From Botryllus schlosseri (Eukaryota), in contig CM119378.1 in the NCBI GenBank assembly GCA_051294905.1, positions 2,916,001-2,980,000 of the forward strand: a DNA stretch of 64,000 nucleotides. Reading direction: 5' to 3'. A program made the position numbers and the translations under genes. The notes under the pieces were generated by a model. The model was not told the DNA's origin. It ran no database searches and saw nothing but the letters and a program-made list of their open reading frames with translations. Within the stretch, counting starts at the first letter, position 1; the number at the start of each line of letters is the position of its first letter. Below, one piece after another: positions 52,523-64,000 of this stretch.

Positions 52523-54290
52523 TACTCGTAACGCGCCCTTAACAATGCGTTTTAAGTCGGGGTGTGTCCGTCTATAGTACAGAGTAATACCAGAGCTAAC
52601 CTGGGCCTAGGATATCAACTGAACAACGAGGAAACCAGCCTAGACTAGTCAACGCGATCATATTTATATTTATGCTTGCTGATTCCGAATTATTTGCATC
52701 GGATACATATTTGATTGCTTCTCTTTGGACTATAAGACTGTATCAAATATCTGTATCTTTTGTTGGTGTTCGTTGCAGGTTTTTCCTATAGCATATGACA
52801 ATCCTGAAACTGATTTGCTGCAGATGTTGGAGTATATGATTTCTGAATTGCTTGTTTTAGATTTTCTAGGTTTAACATCTGTATCGGGTGAGATATGTCG
52901 GATAGATATAAATCTTTTGAACTAGGTATTTTATCCTGCACCGTACTGCGTGTCGAAATCGAAAAGGCACCGTAGGCAACTGTACAACTTTTGAGAGTGA
53001 TGCCCTTCGTACATTAAAGATGTTTTGAAGCGTTTTGGCCAGAATAATTAACTAAATATACTTGTATTTGAAGCTACAAAATTAAATTGTCAGAATATTT
53101 CTACATCGTATCATAAAGGATGATGCTGCTTAGTGTTGGTACCCCCATTCATGTTAAAGTTAAGAGCTTGGTGCAGGACTAGATTCAATGTGAGCAAATC
53201 TCTACCACATTCTCAGTTGATTTAGTAGGCACACAAAGCAATAAAACAAAACCCAATACAATTAACTTCCCCGTATGGCCAATCGCAGAGGAGAATTCTG
53301 GATGTGTATATATGGATCTCGAACCGAATGCTATGAGCCCGTAGGCCTCATCCGATGGATGTTATAACACCCTGGATTTGATCCCGGAAATAGCGCATAC
53401 AAATATACCAGTAATTAGTCGAGTGGTCTAATAGTGAAGTCCCAAATCGAAAGCGGATTTCGACCACTTACCTATTGTCCTTACAATAGGGGGGTGCCAG
53501 ACCCAGGCAATTTTTGAAAGGGGACGCTGTAGAAAAAAAAGGTTAAGAACCACTGGCCCATAACGTCATTTTCGCCCCGCACAGTGATTTCACTATAACA
53601 TCAGTGTCTTTAAGGTCTTTTGTCATATTACGGACGACTTCCACGCTCGCGGTCTTCCACCATCAATCTTTCGTGTTTCATACGCCCGCAACTTGATCTT
53701 TTGCTGTCGGGTGGTGCTGACTCGGCTCACCATCACTTGCTATGGCAGTGAGGTTAGCGAAGAGGAGCCCAGATAAACCTCCGACACATAGAATCTTGGC
53801 AGAGTCGAGACTCGAACCTGTCGCATGTATGTGTACTGTATAATGCATCCTTAAATTTTGAAATTTGTCTGGGACTACTTACAAAGTTTTAGGCAGGGCG
53901 TGTCGCTTTAAACCTACTTTTGAAAGCTAACAAATCGATTACCATTTATGGTCATCATTTTGCTCCTGCTCTGAGAAATTCTTGTAAGCTCAAATTGGCA
54001 TGGATGACATTTCGTCTGCTTCCACCTGGGTAGCATCAGTGACTACTTGACGGACCTCTTCAAAAAGTCATGACGTAGAGTACACAGACAGAATCTACAC
54101 TCCACAGAGTCTATAATATTTTGACACATCTATCTATAATCAGATGGTCCTCCCAGATTGACAATAAAAACGGTTCATTGTAAGTTGTAACATAGAATTA
54201 AGGGTACAGCTTCTTACAAGAACTTAACATGGCGCTATTGTATAACAAATACACACTATTCACTTTTTATTCTCTATCCATTTGCTTTAG

Positions 54291-54938
54291 TGAACGCCCA
54301 TGGTCATGGTGAACGATGCAGACAACTTACGGTGAACGATAGAAAGTATTCTACATTCCAAGATGTATACAATGATGAAGATCCGTTTTGTTTGGAAGTG
54401 ACGCCACCTAACATATCTTTCGGATTTTTATTTCATAAATTCGATGGGATTTCTTTCTCCGATGATAGCCAAGAAATAAACACTTATGGTAAGATTTGCT
54501 ATCTGCAAAGTAAACCTGTTTTAAATCTGAGAGGGCACTTCGCAGCATACCGGAAAATGAAAATCCCTTGCAAACTGGATCCTTCACAAGGATTCCAGCA
54601 GCAAGCTATTTGATAGATGAGTTTACCTTGTGCACAATTGATACAGGCGGACATTAGTACAATTAGTCAATGCATTTTATTCGCTTCAGACACCTTCGAC
54701 GGAAAAGAAACAGATGGTATTTCTTCGGATTGTCTGATCGTGCAATTCAATAATGCTTGCAAATTCGAGCCGAAGATAACTCGCCAAAAATGTTCGTATG
54801 ACGTAAGCGTGAAGAGGAGCGGGTTATCAAAAATATACGTGACGCGTACGAAGACGAGGGAGTCCGGAAATTTACAGAATGTGTCTGTTACTGTTCGATC
54901 TATCAATCAATTCGACGGGTATTTCAATAATTGCAGCG
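54291..54938 (+). CDS. Two phase-1 exons encoding a Cys-containing, possibly CUB-like extracellular domain (partial gene)
   Basis: Exon 54291-54488 (TTTGCTTTAG / GTAAGA, 198 nt) and exon 54690-54938 (CGCTTCAG / GTGAGC, 249 nt) join in frame. Same two-exon phase-1 layout as the ectodomain at 37.7-39.0 kb. First exon not located. Confidence 0.55.
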
Positions 54939-55774
54939 GTGAGCCATTTTCGACTTATCTCACCTAAACGAGTCACATGTCGGCGACGACCGATTTCGCG
55001 TCGTCGGGAGAGGTCGTTCACACTTTCATTTGTATGCCTTGGAGTCGACTTTATATCAAAATACGCCAACCTAGTTTGCGCCAAGAGAATAAGTTCGTAT
55101 ACCATCTAAAATAGTACATCGATCTCAAGCGACCTGTTCGCCCCGATTATCCGATATTTCATCCCGGTGACGTCATATTTGGTGAAACGATTGTTGATAT
55201 ACATTATACAATATTCGGTCCAGTTCTCTACTTGTTGCTAAGGATTACCCCTATAGAGAGTGTCAGCCGAAAATATTCGGGTTTATTTCAATATAAATAT
55301 ACTATTCAATTGTAAACGAGTCTAGTTATAGGCGTCAAAATATTTTATACTTTATGACTATACTGTTAGTCAATGTCTCAAATATTCCTACTATACCATA
55401 TTGCTCGAACTTCAATAATATACCTCGTTTGGATTCTAGCAATATGCATTCGTTTTTTACCATATCTGATAGTCATGGTGAAAATTTACCAGGATTATCA
55501 TAGTCATAGAGACTTGTAGTGGGGCAGCATAGCAAACCTATTGTGCATTATGTGATACAAGCACCAAATTTGGCACACATGTATATTAACATGTTGCGAA
55601 CATTTTCAGATATTGAGCCACTCGGAATTCTCTCTTTATGTCCGCCATATTGGATTTCAAAATGGCCGCCATTTGAAATCTACATTTGCGATTATGGCTG
55701 GGTCAAATGCTACTATTGACTTCATTTTGGGTCAAGGAATCCAATGGTACCAATTTCACAATCCAATGCTCAAA

Positions 55775-55912
55775 CCAATGCACAGTTCTAATGCACTAAT
55801 CTAAATCAAATGCACAAATCTAAAATTTTAACGCACAAATCTAAATCAAATGCACAAATCTAAGATTCTAATGCACAAATCTAAATCAAATGCACAAATC
55901 TAAAATTCTAAT
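55775..55912. repeat. Minisatellite (~19-21 bp, AATGCACAAATCTAA) inside the Academ element, downstream of its ORF
   Basis: About seven alternating units AATGCACAAATCTAAATCA / AATGCACAAATCTAAAATTCT. Confidence 0.85.
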
Positions 55913-55946
55913 ATGCCACTGCCACAAGTACATGTATGTTGTGGAC

Positions 55947-58900
55947 TCATCGTCTTGTGCAGTCCCCGTCACACACACAGAGGGCTGTGCACTGAAGGCC
56001 AGCCTTCTTGCATTTGCAGCGCTTCACACACCCTTACTGGCACTTGCAAGAAATCAGCTCAATGCAGCTGTGAGCTGCCTCAGGTAGCCTGGTCCAGTAT
56101 GGTGTGTACTGTTCTCCAGTCATTAACCAACCCCAGTTGGTTGTGGGAGGGAGATCAGGTGCTGGCAGCAATATCTGACCCCAAACATATCCACCTTGAT
56201 ACACTGCCCTCTTGACATGTTCCTCTAAAGCTGCCTTCGTTGGAGGGATCAGCTGCACATCGTTCTTCCTTGCAAAGAGTTTCCTTCTGGCCGTGTCAAT
56301 GTCCGTGCATTTGCTGGTTCGATCATACAACAAGATCACAAACCTCTCGATGATGCACATTGCATCATTTGGTATGTCACGTGGTGCGGAGGACAGCAGC
56401 AGCAGCGCCTCAGTGAGTTCTGGCAGTATCGCCCAGACTGCCCACGCAGTCTTCTTGCCATGTCTGGCAAAACTAGACACAGTGTCGCATCCAGTCAGAG
56501 CGTGGAACATTGGCAGTGCACGAGCCTTTTCTTGTCCCAGTCCAGCTGCAATTTCGTGTGCTGCTAGGTATCGGAATCTTTGGCCTGTTCCGAATGCCAG
56601 CCACAGTTCTTCTTCTGGTTGCAACTCCTGTACCACGGACACTGCCAGTACCACAACATCGGTTTCCACAGTCCGGATGACTATTGAGTGGTGTCCATGC
56701 TTGGCTGCATGAGATGCATGCAGCAACATCCGACTGTCAGCCTCTTCATGGTTGCATGGGGCGAGTGAGGTCAGATCTGGTAGTAGTGGCTTGCTGAGTA
56801 CTGACTCTCCATCAGTAATGACCAGTTGCTTGTCCTCCTGTTCAAACCATTCCATGAGAGCTGCTGACAGGAACTTGAACAGCTCGGTCTTGTTGCTGTC
56901 CACTCGTAGGAAATTTTGCCAGTTTCCTGGTATAGATGCGGCGGCTACCACGCGTCTCCGCACGCCTTGTCCCCGCTTTGCACGTGTACTACCTTTCAGT
57001 GAATCAGCAAGGTAAGTATCCCAGACCAGATCCAGGCGTGACACTGTTTGCAGCTTCGTAGACATATATGGGATGAAGATCTGATGTGCATACTCTTCAA
57101 AGGTCTTTAATGCAGCCGGCTTCAGCATCTGGACTATGGCCGCTCCACCAAGCACTATACAGGTAGTGACAGGAGTCTCTGTCTTGGGGTCGGAGACTCA
57201 TTCCAAGCATGTGATGAGATCATTCTTGGTACCAGCGAAGAGGTTTCCACCAGCAGACAGTGCAGGAGGACATGCCTGGTTCTCGTGACGAAAGAACTCC
57301 TCAAGGTTTCCATCCCTCGTCTGGCAGCTAATGTACAGGCGTGCGAAGAGTTCACGGTCATTCTTGACAGAGGTGAGCTGTTGCTGACCTTTGCTCTGGT
57401 TTCTTGGGGTTGAAGTGTTGAACACCTTCGGCTTGTTACGAGGAATGAGGTCGTCCACTGCCTTTGTTCTGTCCAACAGACACTCTCTGGTGAAAGCCTC
57501 GAACTGCTCTTGGCCAATCCCCTTGGCATTCATCACGGTCTCCACGGCAGCAGGACCTGCGATGTCCTTTGTGTCCAGTATGACTAGATCCTGACTCTCC
57601 TCCTCGAATGGGTTGCCCATCTCCTCTATGACACCGACGAGAGAGCGAACATCTTTCACAAATGAGGCCTGTACACTTGGCGTCTGATCGTGATGACGTT
57701 GTATGAGGGAGATTGCAGTACCATGGAAAGAGTCTTTTGATGTTGTTGCACTAGGGTTGTGATCGATGTTGTCTATAGCGGCAGTTGTGAACACTTCGCT
57801 ACGCATTTTCGGAGGGCAGACCACTTGTTCTCTGTGAAACTGTTGACAGATATTGTTGCCCATCTGTGCTGAGAGCTGGAGCACTCTATCATAAGAGATA
57901 CTTAGGCCAAGGTGTGACAGTCTGTCTACCAATTCCTTCTTGCGTGTATGAGCATGCAACATCATCCCGATGTATGTTGGAAGTGGGGTCTCCTGTGCAA
58001 CACTGTGCCGGACACAAGTGGATGATGTGGTGCCACGTGTTCGCTTGTGCTTTACGCTGTTGAACTTCAGTATCTGGGCTGCGGTAATTGCTGCAGGGTT
58101 AGTGTCTGTCATCTGGTCTTTGATGCTGGGTCCCTCTAGGATCATGCTGACTAGGGCAAGCAGCAACGGTGGTACTGATTTTTCTTGACATCCTCCGGGG
58201 AATCCTGTGAAGGGCTTAGCTTCTCCAAACATTTCACGGCGAACAATGTGTGCAGCATGGGCAAGATGGACTGCATCACTGTCACTGTCCAGCTCGCAGG
58301 CTTTGTCAATAGCAGAACCGAGATATTTTTCAAATGACATCAGGATGTCTCTCCCCTTGGAGTATGTCCGCAAGTCAGGAAAGTGAGATAGCAGTCTCTG
58401 TTTCAGTCGCGTGGAGTGAACTCTCGTGTCGAGCTGCACTCCAAGCTGTTCCATTCTGGACTGATAGAGGTGGACAATATCGGCCAATCTGAATACTGTT
58501 GCCGTCTCCTCATCTTGTCCGGTTTCTTCAATGTAGAGTGCGAGTTCAGCGAAGACAACTGCCGACATTGCTCGCTCTTGGTCTGAGTTCTGTGGTAATG
58601 TTGACTGGACCTTTCTTGTGCGGTTATAAAGTCCTATCAAGCACTGTGGGTGATACTGGGCGTCCAACGCTACCATGTCCCCACCACTGAGCCGGCCAAG
58701 TAGTTCTGTATCACCAAGAAGGGTTGCACAGGCACGCACCCGTCTGTCCATTTGGAATGTTGCAGTTTTTCGAAGACTGTTAGCCCCAGCAGGTTGTGCA
58801 CAGAAGAAACAAGTTTCTGGGACCTTTTCTGTAACCGATGAACGAGAATGTCCCCTGGTGAGTTTGCACACAGATTGTTCGTCGTCGCTTTGACCTTCTT

Positions 58901-59258
58901 TCTTGAGTGCTCTTTTTTGTGCCCTCTGCAGTTTGGTGTTGTTGTACTGGAGCCTGCACGTGTGGTGATATTGTGCACCGTGTGCAACCATCGCAGCTTC
59001 AATGCCATGACCATCATCGAGTCTTTCCAACTGAAATGATCCTGGAAGCTCTCCAAGTTCACTGAATTTGATAAAGTTCTCTGCAAGTGAACTGTACCCA
59101 CTACCAATGTATTTTCTCTTTGATTGGTCGGGTTTGGTCAGTGTCTCCGCCTTGTCCTTCTGACATATGAGGCATAAACTCCAGTCAGTTGTGATGAGGT
59201 GCGGTGATGTTGATGGTGAAGTTCCCTCAGAAGGAGCTAGTCTGAACCTCTTGGGCAT
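55947..59258 (-). pseudogene. Academ transposase/XPG-nuclease/Cys8 ORF interrupted by two in-frame stops
   Basis: The 686-aa and 373-aa ORFs share one frame, separated by TGA at 57198-57200. A TAA at 56034-56036 splits CKCQ*GCVKRCKCKKAGLQCTALCVCDGDCTRR*. Motifs IDNIDH...FHGTAIS, CNHEEADSRMLLH, FHALTGCDTVSSF. Confidence 0.88.
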
Positions 59259-60253
59259 AGTAGAACTGTCTTCAGATTAATATCAGCTACCACCGTCAGT
59301 TTACAGACATGCATGCATCACTATGAACCTGGAATGACACAAAGTAACATTTCTGTTATCGTCACTGCACTACAGCTACCACTACAACAACTACTCTAAC
59401 ACCACCACCACCACCAGAATCGAGTCATTAGACTATAATAACGACAAATGTAGATCGATAAGTGGCCATGTAATGTGAAGCCGCCATTTTCAAATCCAAT
59501 ATGGCGGCACATTGGTAAAAATACGCATTGCAGATTGTTACCATTGGATTCCTTGACCCAAAAAACATACATTTTGATACCAAAATAAAGTCAGTAGCAG
59601 CATTAGGCCCAGAGCTAATCGCAAATGTAAATTTCAAATGGCGGCCATTTTGAAATCCAATATGGCGGACATAAAGAGAGAATTCCGAGTGGCTCAATAT
59701 CTGAAAATGTTCGCAACATGTTAATATACATGTGTGCCAAATTTAGTGCTTGTATCACAAAATGCACAATCCTTTTGAATATTTGGGCTAAACCGCCCCA
59801 CTATTGGTGAAAAGAGAATATGCCACAATACCCAAGTCGAAAATTGGGGTTAAAGGTGACGCTAAGGTTTCCCTGGGTCAGGGTTTTCTGGAGGTCTAAA
59901 CACACACTCAGCTCATATATATGATTTCTGGTGATACGCCCGTTTAGGCCACCATCGGTTGCACGTAATTATAGGCCCGACCAGTATAGTCGAATTGTGA
60001 CAGTTATGGTGGTAGGGTAGGTCGTGTGCAATCGCAGTTGCAGGAAAGGTTGGGGTTCGAAATGGAAACCCTCTCCTTCTGAATTGCCAATTCGATCTTC
60101 ATCAGCTCATTTGTACGTCAGCAATTGGCATAATGCTGTTGGTTTCGTGCGAACAATACGATGGCAATTACCAAGGTGAAGCCTCTCATTTCTGAACCGG
60201 TATCGGAAAAGGAACAACATAAGGTTAAAGATAACTAACCTACGGATAGATAC

Positions 60254-60960
60254 CAGAGATGAGCGGATTTGAAATTTCTCTGACCTAATCCGATCCAAAT
60301 CCGAAGCTTCAAATGCTAAGCATAAACCTAATCCAGAAATTTTGTATATTCCAATTCTATTCCTAATCCTAATCCGATCTAAACTTGGAATTCCACTTGG
60401 AAAGCCTACATCTTAGGCCTATAATTCTGTCTTATAGGTGTATAATTCTGACTTCAATCTAATCCAATCCTAATCCGTCAAAACTTCACACATCCGGGTT
60501 TCCCAAATCCTAATCCTAATCCATGCTCATGCTCATCTCTTATAGATACCAGAGATGAGCGGATTTGAAATTGCTCTGTCCGGATTCAATCCAAATCCCG
60601 AACTTCAAATCCGAATCCAAATCCAGAAATTTTGAATATTCAAATCCTAATCCAGATCCTAATCCGACTCAAACTTGGAATTCGACTTAGAAACTGAAGC
60701 CTACATCTTATATTCCTATATAATTCTACAAAATGAAATAAAACGCTGAATGGGTGCCAAAGTACCTGAAGTAATAACTTTGCAAACTATGTAAAATCGT
60801 TGTAGGACGGAAAACTTTGTCGCCATTTGCTACCGTACATCAATCTCCCCGAAAATCGGTAAATCTAATCCTAATCCTGATCCATTTTTTGAAAAATCTC
60901 AAATCCGAAAAAAATTTCACAAATTCGGTTTTCCCAAATCCTAATTCATTCTTAGCTCTG
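60254..60960. mobile_element. Two tandem hAT-like MITEs (TIR CAGAGATGAG, AATCC-rich): 60254-60541 and 60550-60960
   Basis: ATAGATAC|CAGAGATGAGC...CTCATCTCTT|ATAGATAC|CAGAGATGAGC...AGCTCTG|ATAGATAG. Confidence 0.85.
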
Positions 60961-60976
60961 ATAGATAGTAGATAAC

Positions 60977-61543
60977 TAGATACGCATTATGCAACACCCG
61001 TCGTCACGCTCTCTTGCTCAGTATTAGTTACTGCAGTGCTCGGCAATCTGAAAGCAACGTAATTGCTAATCTCATAGTTGACGACCCGAGCACTAAAATT
61101 AAATAAAGTTGATCTTATTTGAAGGCCACTGTCGTGCTGATTCCAAAAATATGCATTGAAATGTCATCACGGCACTGAAACCACCCCGAAATAGCTTTTA
61201 AAATCTGATAATCGGCATTGTTCTGAACAATCGCAGCGACGCTGCAGAATTTCCATAACGATGACCTTTGCGTGATTGCAATTGTTCAGAACAATTCCGA
61301 TTTTCCGACTTCAAGGTGTATTTCGAGGGGGTTTCATCGCCCGGGTCAGATTTTAATGTATATTTTCGGAATCAGTGCAGCAATAGCTTTCGGATAAGAT
61401 CAACATTTAATTTGAGCGCTCGGGTCGTCAGCTATCGGATTAGCAAGTACGTTGAGCAAGTAGGCGTGCTGAGCAGTATCTAACACTGAGCAAGAGAGCG
61501 TGACGACGGGTGTTACGTATCTATCCGTAGATTAGCTATCTAT
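60977..61543. mobile_element. Foldback MITE, almost entirely an inverted repeat (left tip displaced to ~60229-60253)
   Basis: AACACCCGTCGTCACGCTCTCTTGCTCAGT pairs with ACTGAGCAAGAGAGCGTGACGACGGGTGTT; imperfect pairing continues inward to a short loop near 61251-61270. Confidence 0.85.
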
Positions 61544-61888
61544 ATACAGCCACACTGATCAGCTATAAATATTTAGTATAATTTTTTGGCTTTGTGTAAA
61601 AATTATATTTTAATGGTTACTTTCTTCTAACACTCTGTGCACAGTTCATTTTGTATACCAGTAATCCATAGAAATGTATTAGACGTGTAGTATGGTAGAA
61701 TTTGTTGTTTTTATTACTTTAATGAGAGAATCCGTGAAGGTTCCGTAGATTAGTAAAGATTAAGAGCCGCTGGTTTAGCCCCTGCCCTACTGGTAGATCC
61801 GGACTAAGCTATGTTCTGTCGGGGCCCACGATATTCGGTATCGTAGACCCCGGTTCTATATATTACATTTTACCGTCTGGTATCACAG

Positions 61889-63605
61889 CTACTACTTCTC
61901 ACGCAAACGTGATGATTCTTACAAGAGAAACGTCAAGTCAGCCTTCGCCAACACAAACTGAATTCGACAAGTCTACTTCTATTTATGCAGCAGGTACGCC
62001 GATATGAATATGCCGTTCCGCTTTTACGAGGATAGCATTTCTATGGTAAAGGGAAAGGTGTGTGTTAACTGTAGAAGGCCGGGCGAAATGCAGTACTGTG
62101 AAGTTGCTTTCTTGACATTTGTTAGTCTTATTTAGTCGAGGACTAAATAAGGGACGTAAAAACCACCCTCCAACACTAAGGTTAGGTTCCATTGATAGAC
62201 CGACGCCGTTTGACAGACATGTTGGACTGTATAATATAAAATCCGGTGAAATATACAAAGGAATTAAATCGCCTTGTCAATGGCCTAATCATAGTTTTCA
62301 CTCTTGATCCTTTCTAAATAGGAACATCCTGCCAGACTACGCCAACAAAGACGACGTTCCACAGCACGGAATCTTATTCCGAGAAAACCACATCTACAGG
62401 TACAGCTTAATAGAAAAGTGGTTCTCAACCGGTGTCCCGCGGCACACTAGTGGATACCGAACTGCTCAGGGGTCCCGCGAGGAGATGTGGTAAACAGGGT
62501 AGACGTATAAAAAACACTTGTTATAGTTACATCGGTCATTAAATCGAGGTGGGTAATAAATTGAAAGACCATTATCTGTTCATTACATCCAGTGGTGGCT
62601 TTTTATCGGCCGCCTAGGCCCCCTGGTCGAAGACTCCCCTATCTGGTTTAAGCGTGTTTTTTTCAAGGATGATTATAAACGTGGACATCCGTGTAACAAT
62701 CAAGTAGATGATTCATTACAGATGGGTCTATCATCATATCTCTGCATTTGTTAGATAAGCCCCATATTTCTAGATAATCATCAAGTCTCTGCAAGCGGCA
62801 GAGGTTGCCTACTTACTTGTAGTGTATCCTTGCAACCATGCAATAATAGATATGGCCTAATCCCGTACCTGGCTCAAACCTTGACGTGGTGTGCTGGCAT
62901 ATTACTTATGTCAGCCGATAGCTTTCCAGATGAGTGGGGTCTATTTAGCCTGCAGCAGTAGTATATAGCTAATCTAGTATTCCACGCAGCATGCCATACA
63001 TCTTCCACATGAAGATATGAGCTATAGGTATAACGGGGTCACTTCTTCTATAATTTGACAATGTATAATAAACAAAGCCCAGGAACTAGAGCAATTCAAC
63101 ATTTAAGCCTGCTACAAAGCCGTGTTATAGTGTCATATACATTATACACATCACATAATTCCGTTCCATATGGTGCACTAATATTAAGTTGGTTATAATA
63201 GATGCGAAAAGGGGTTCTGGGCGGAGCCACCATAAGCTACGATCACATACTTATAGGGGCCCCCTGGAAGTCTCGCCCACCCCTGCAATCGTAGGGCCAC
63301 CACTGATTACATCGCATTGTGTTTTGTGAATTGCAATTTGCATTGTCTAGCTAGCTAGAGTGAAATGTGTGTATTGGTCGGATGAAAACAATAAATCGCT
63401 GAACATGAATATTATTATGATTATACTTTATCTGCACTTTTCCCTCGTTCATCACTGCAAAATGTAGCTTCATTCACACTATCTGGATATCATTTTAGGC
63501 ATTAATCCGGGCTCGACGACGGCGAAAAAGATTGGAATTGCGTCTGGGGTAATCATTCCGTTGGCTTTGCTTTTGGCACTGGGCTATAAGTACTATATGC
63601 ATCGG
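61889..63605 (+). CDS. Exons for an S/T-rich stalk and a transmembrane helix of a type-I membrane protein (partial)
   Basis: Phase-1/1 exons 61889-61993 (TTSHANV...SSQPSPTQTE) and 62322-62399 (TSCQTTPTKTT...KTTST), then 63499-63605 (KKIGIASGVIIPLALLLALGYKYYMHR), all with AG/GT boundaries. All are below the ORF-track cutoff. The gene probably continues beyond the window. Confidence 0.65.
62590..63305. mobile_element. Non-autonomous hAT-like element (TIR CAGTGGTGGC)
   Basis: CAGTGGTGGC...GCCACCACTG with a perfect TSD ATTACATC. Confidence 0.88.
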
Positions 63606-64000
63606 GTACGTTTCTTTTCATGGTCATCACAATAGGTGTAAACGTCAATATTTACATTAAAAATAAGAATATGCGACCCAGCGACCTCATCTACTTTTCA
63701 GAACTCGATACCTCTTTGGAAATTAGTGCGTAACAGGGAGAATCTGCCCCATAAATGCATGGTGCTCAATTACTGACGTTTCATTGGCCCATACTCCGCA
63801 ACATGCAAAATGCAGAATGGAGGACTCTAACAACGAATTCCAGCCCTGTTTAACACGTGATTCATGAAAACGGCAATGATATCGCTTATATGTTGAACCC
63901 TGTAATCTTGAACGAAAGCCGAAACAAAGTTTTGGCGTGAATAACATACATTTATTTTTCATTACGACGTTAATTAACGTATATTTAGTCATTTCAATCA

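Larger units (their letters stand above)
55517..59803 (-). mobile_element. Academ-superfamily (AcademX-type) DNA transposon, 4287 bp, defective
   Basis: Ends TAGTGGGGC...GCCCCACTA, 3-bp TSD TTG on both sides, imperfect TIRs of ~240-270 bp (55517-~55755, ~59533-59803). Encodes an XPG/PIN-like nuclease plus a C-terminal Cys8 cluster, the established AcademX hallmarks. Confidence 0.9.

Noticed and set aside
54229..54312. ATG at 54229 as the start of the second receptor gene
   Set aside because: Out of frame with the CUB-like exon and stops after 27 codons; the region reads better as an intron 3' end.
56034..57200. Programmed readthrough or selenocysteine at the Academ in-frame stops
   Set aside because: Two different stops (TGA and TAA) plus apparent catalytic substitutions and a probable deletion are better explained by decay.
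56212..59107. Overlapping antisense and alternate-frame ORFs within the Academ ORF
   Set aside because: Shadow ORFs of a GC-richer coding region, with no recognisable motifs.
60290..60950. Interstitial telomeric repeats
   Set aside because: The motif is (CCT)AATCC within MITEs, not TTAGGG arrays.

Overview
This is AT-rich, intron-containing animal genomic DNA. A connexin together with short introns and non-vertebrate-looking receptors points to a chordate, most plausibly a tunicate/ascidian (inference). From left to right: (1) a complete 24-coding-exon UBE3B-like HECT E3 ligase on the minus strand (219-19339, about 1179 aa as I spliced it), with an approx. 110-aa insertion; (2) two paralogous intronless orphan 7TM receptors (26776-27765, 34313-35251); (3) a spliced plus-strand type-I membrane protein (37736-46060) with a CUB-like ectodomain and a tail carrying several YxxI/L motifs, which hosts an antisense, single-coding-exon connexin (40307-41539) inside an intron; (4) further CUB-like, S/T-stalk and TM exons at 54.3-63.6 kb, suggesting a small receptor cluster; (5) a structurally complete but inactivated Academ (XPG/Cys8-type) DNA transposon (55517-59803; TAG...CTA ends, long TIRs, TTG TSD). 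Introns and intergenic DNA are full of non-autonomous hAT-like MITEs with 8-bp TSDs (often nested), Tc1/pogo-like MITEs and a tRNA-derived SINE. Most short ORFs in the track are noise or exon fragments. All splice models and family calls are by-eye readings, with no database search.
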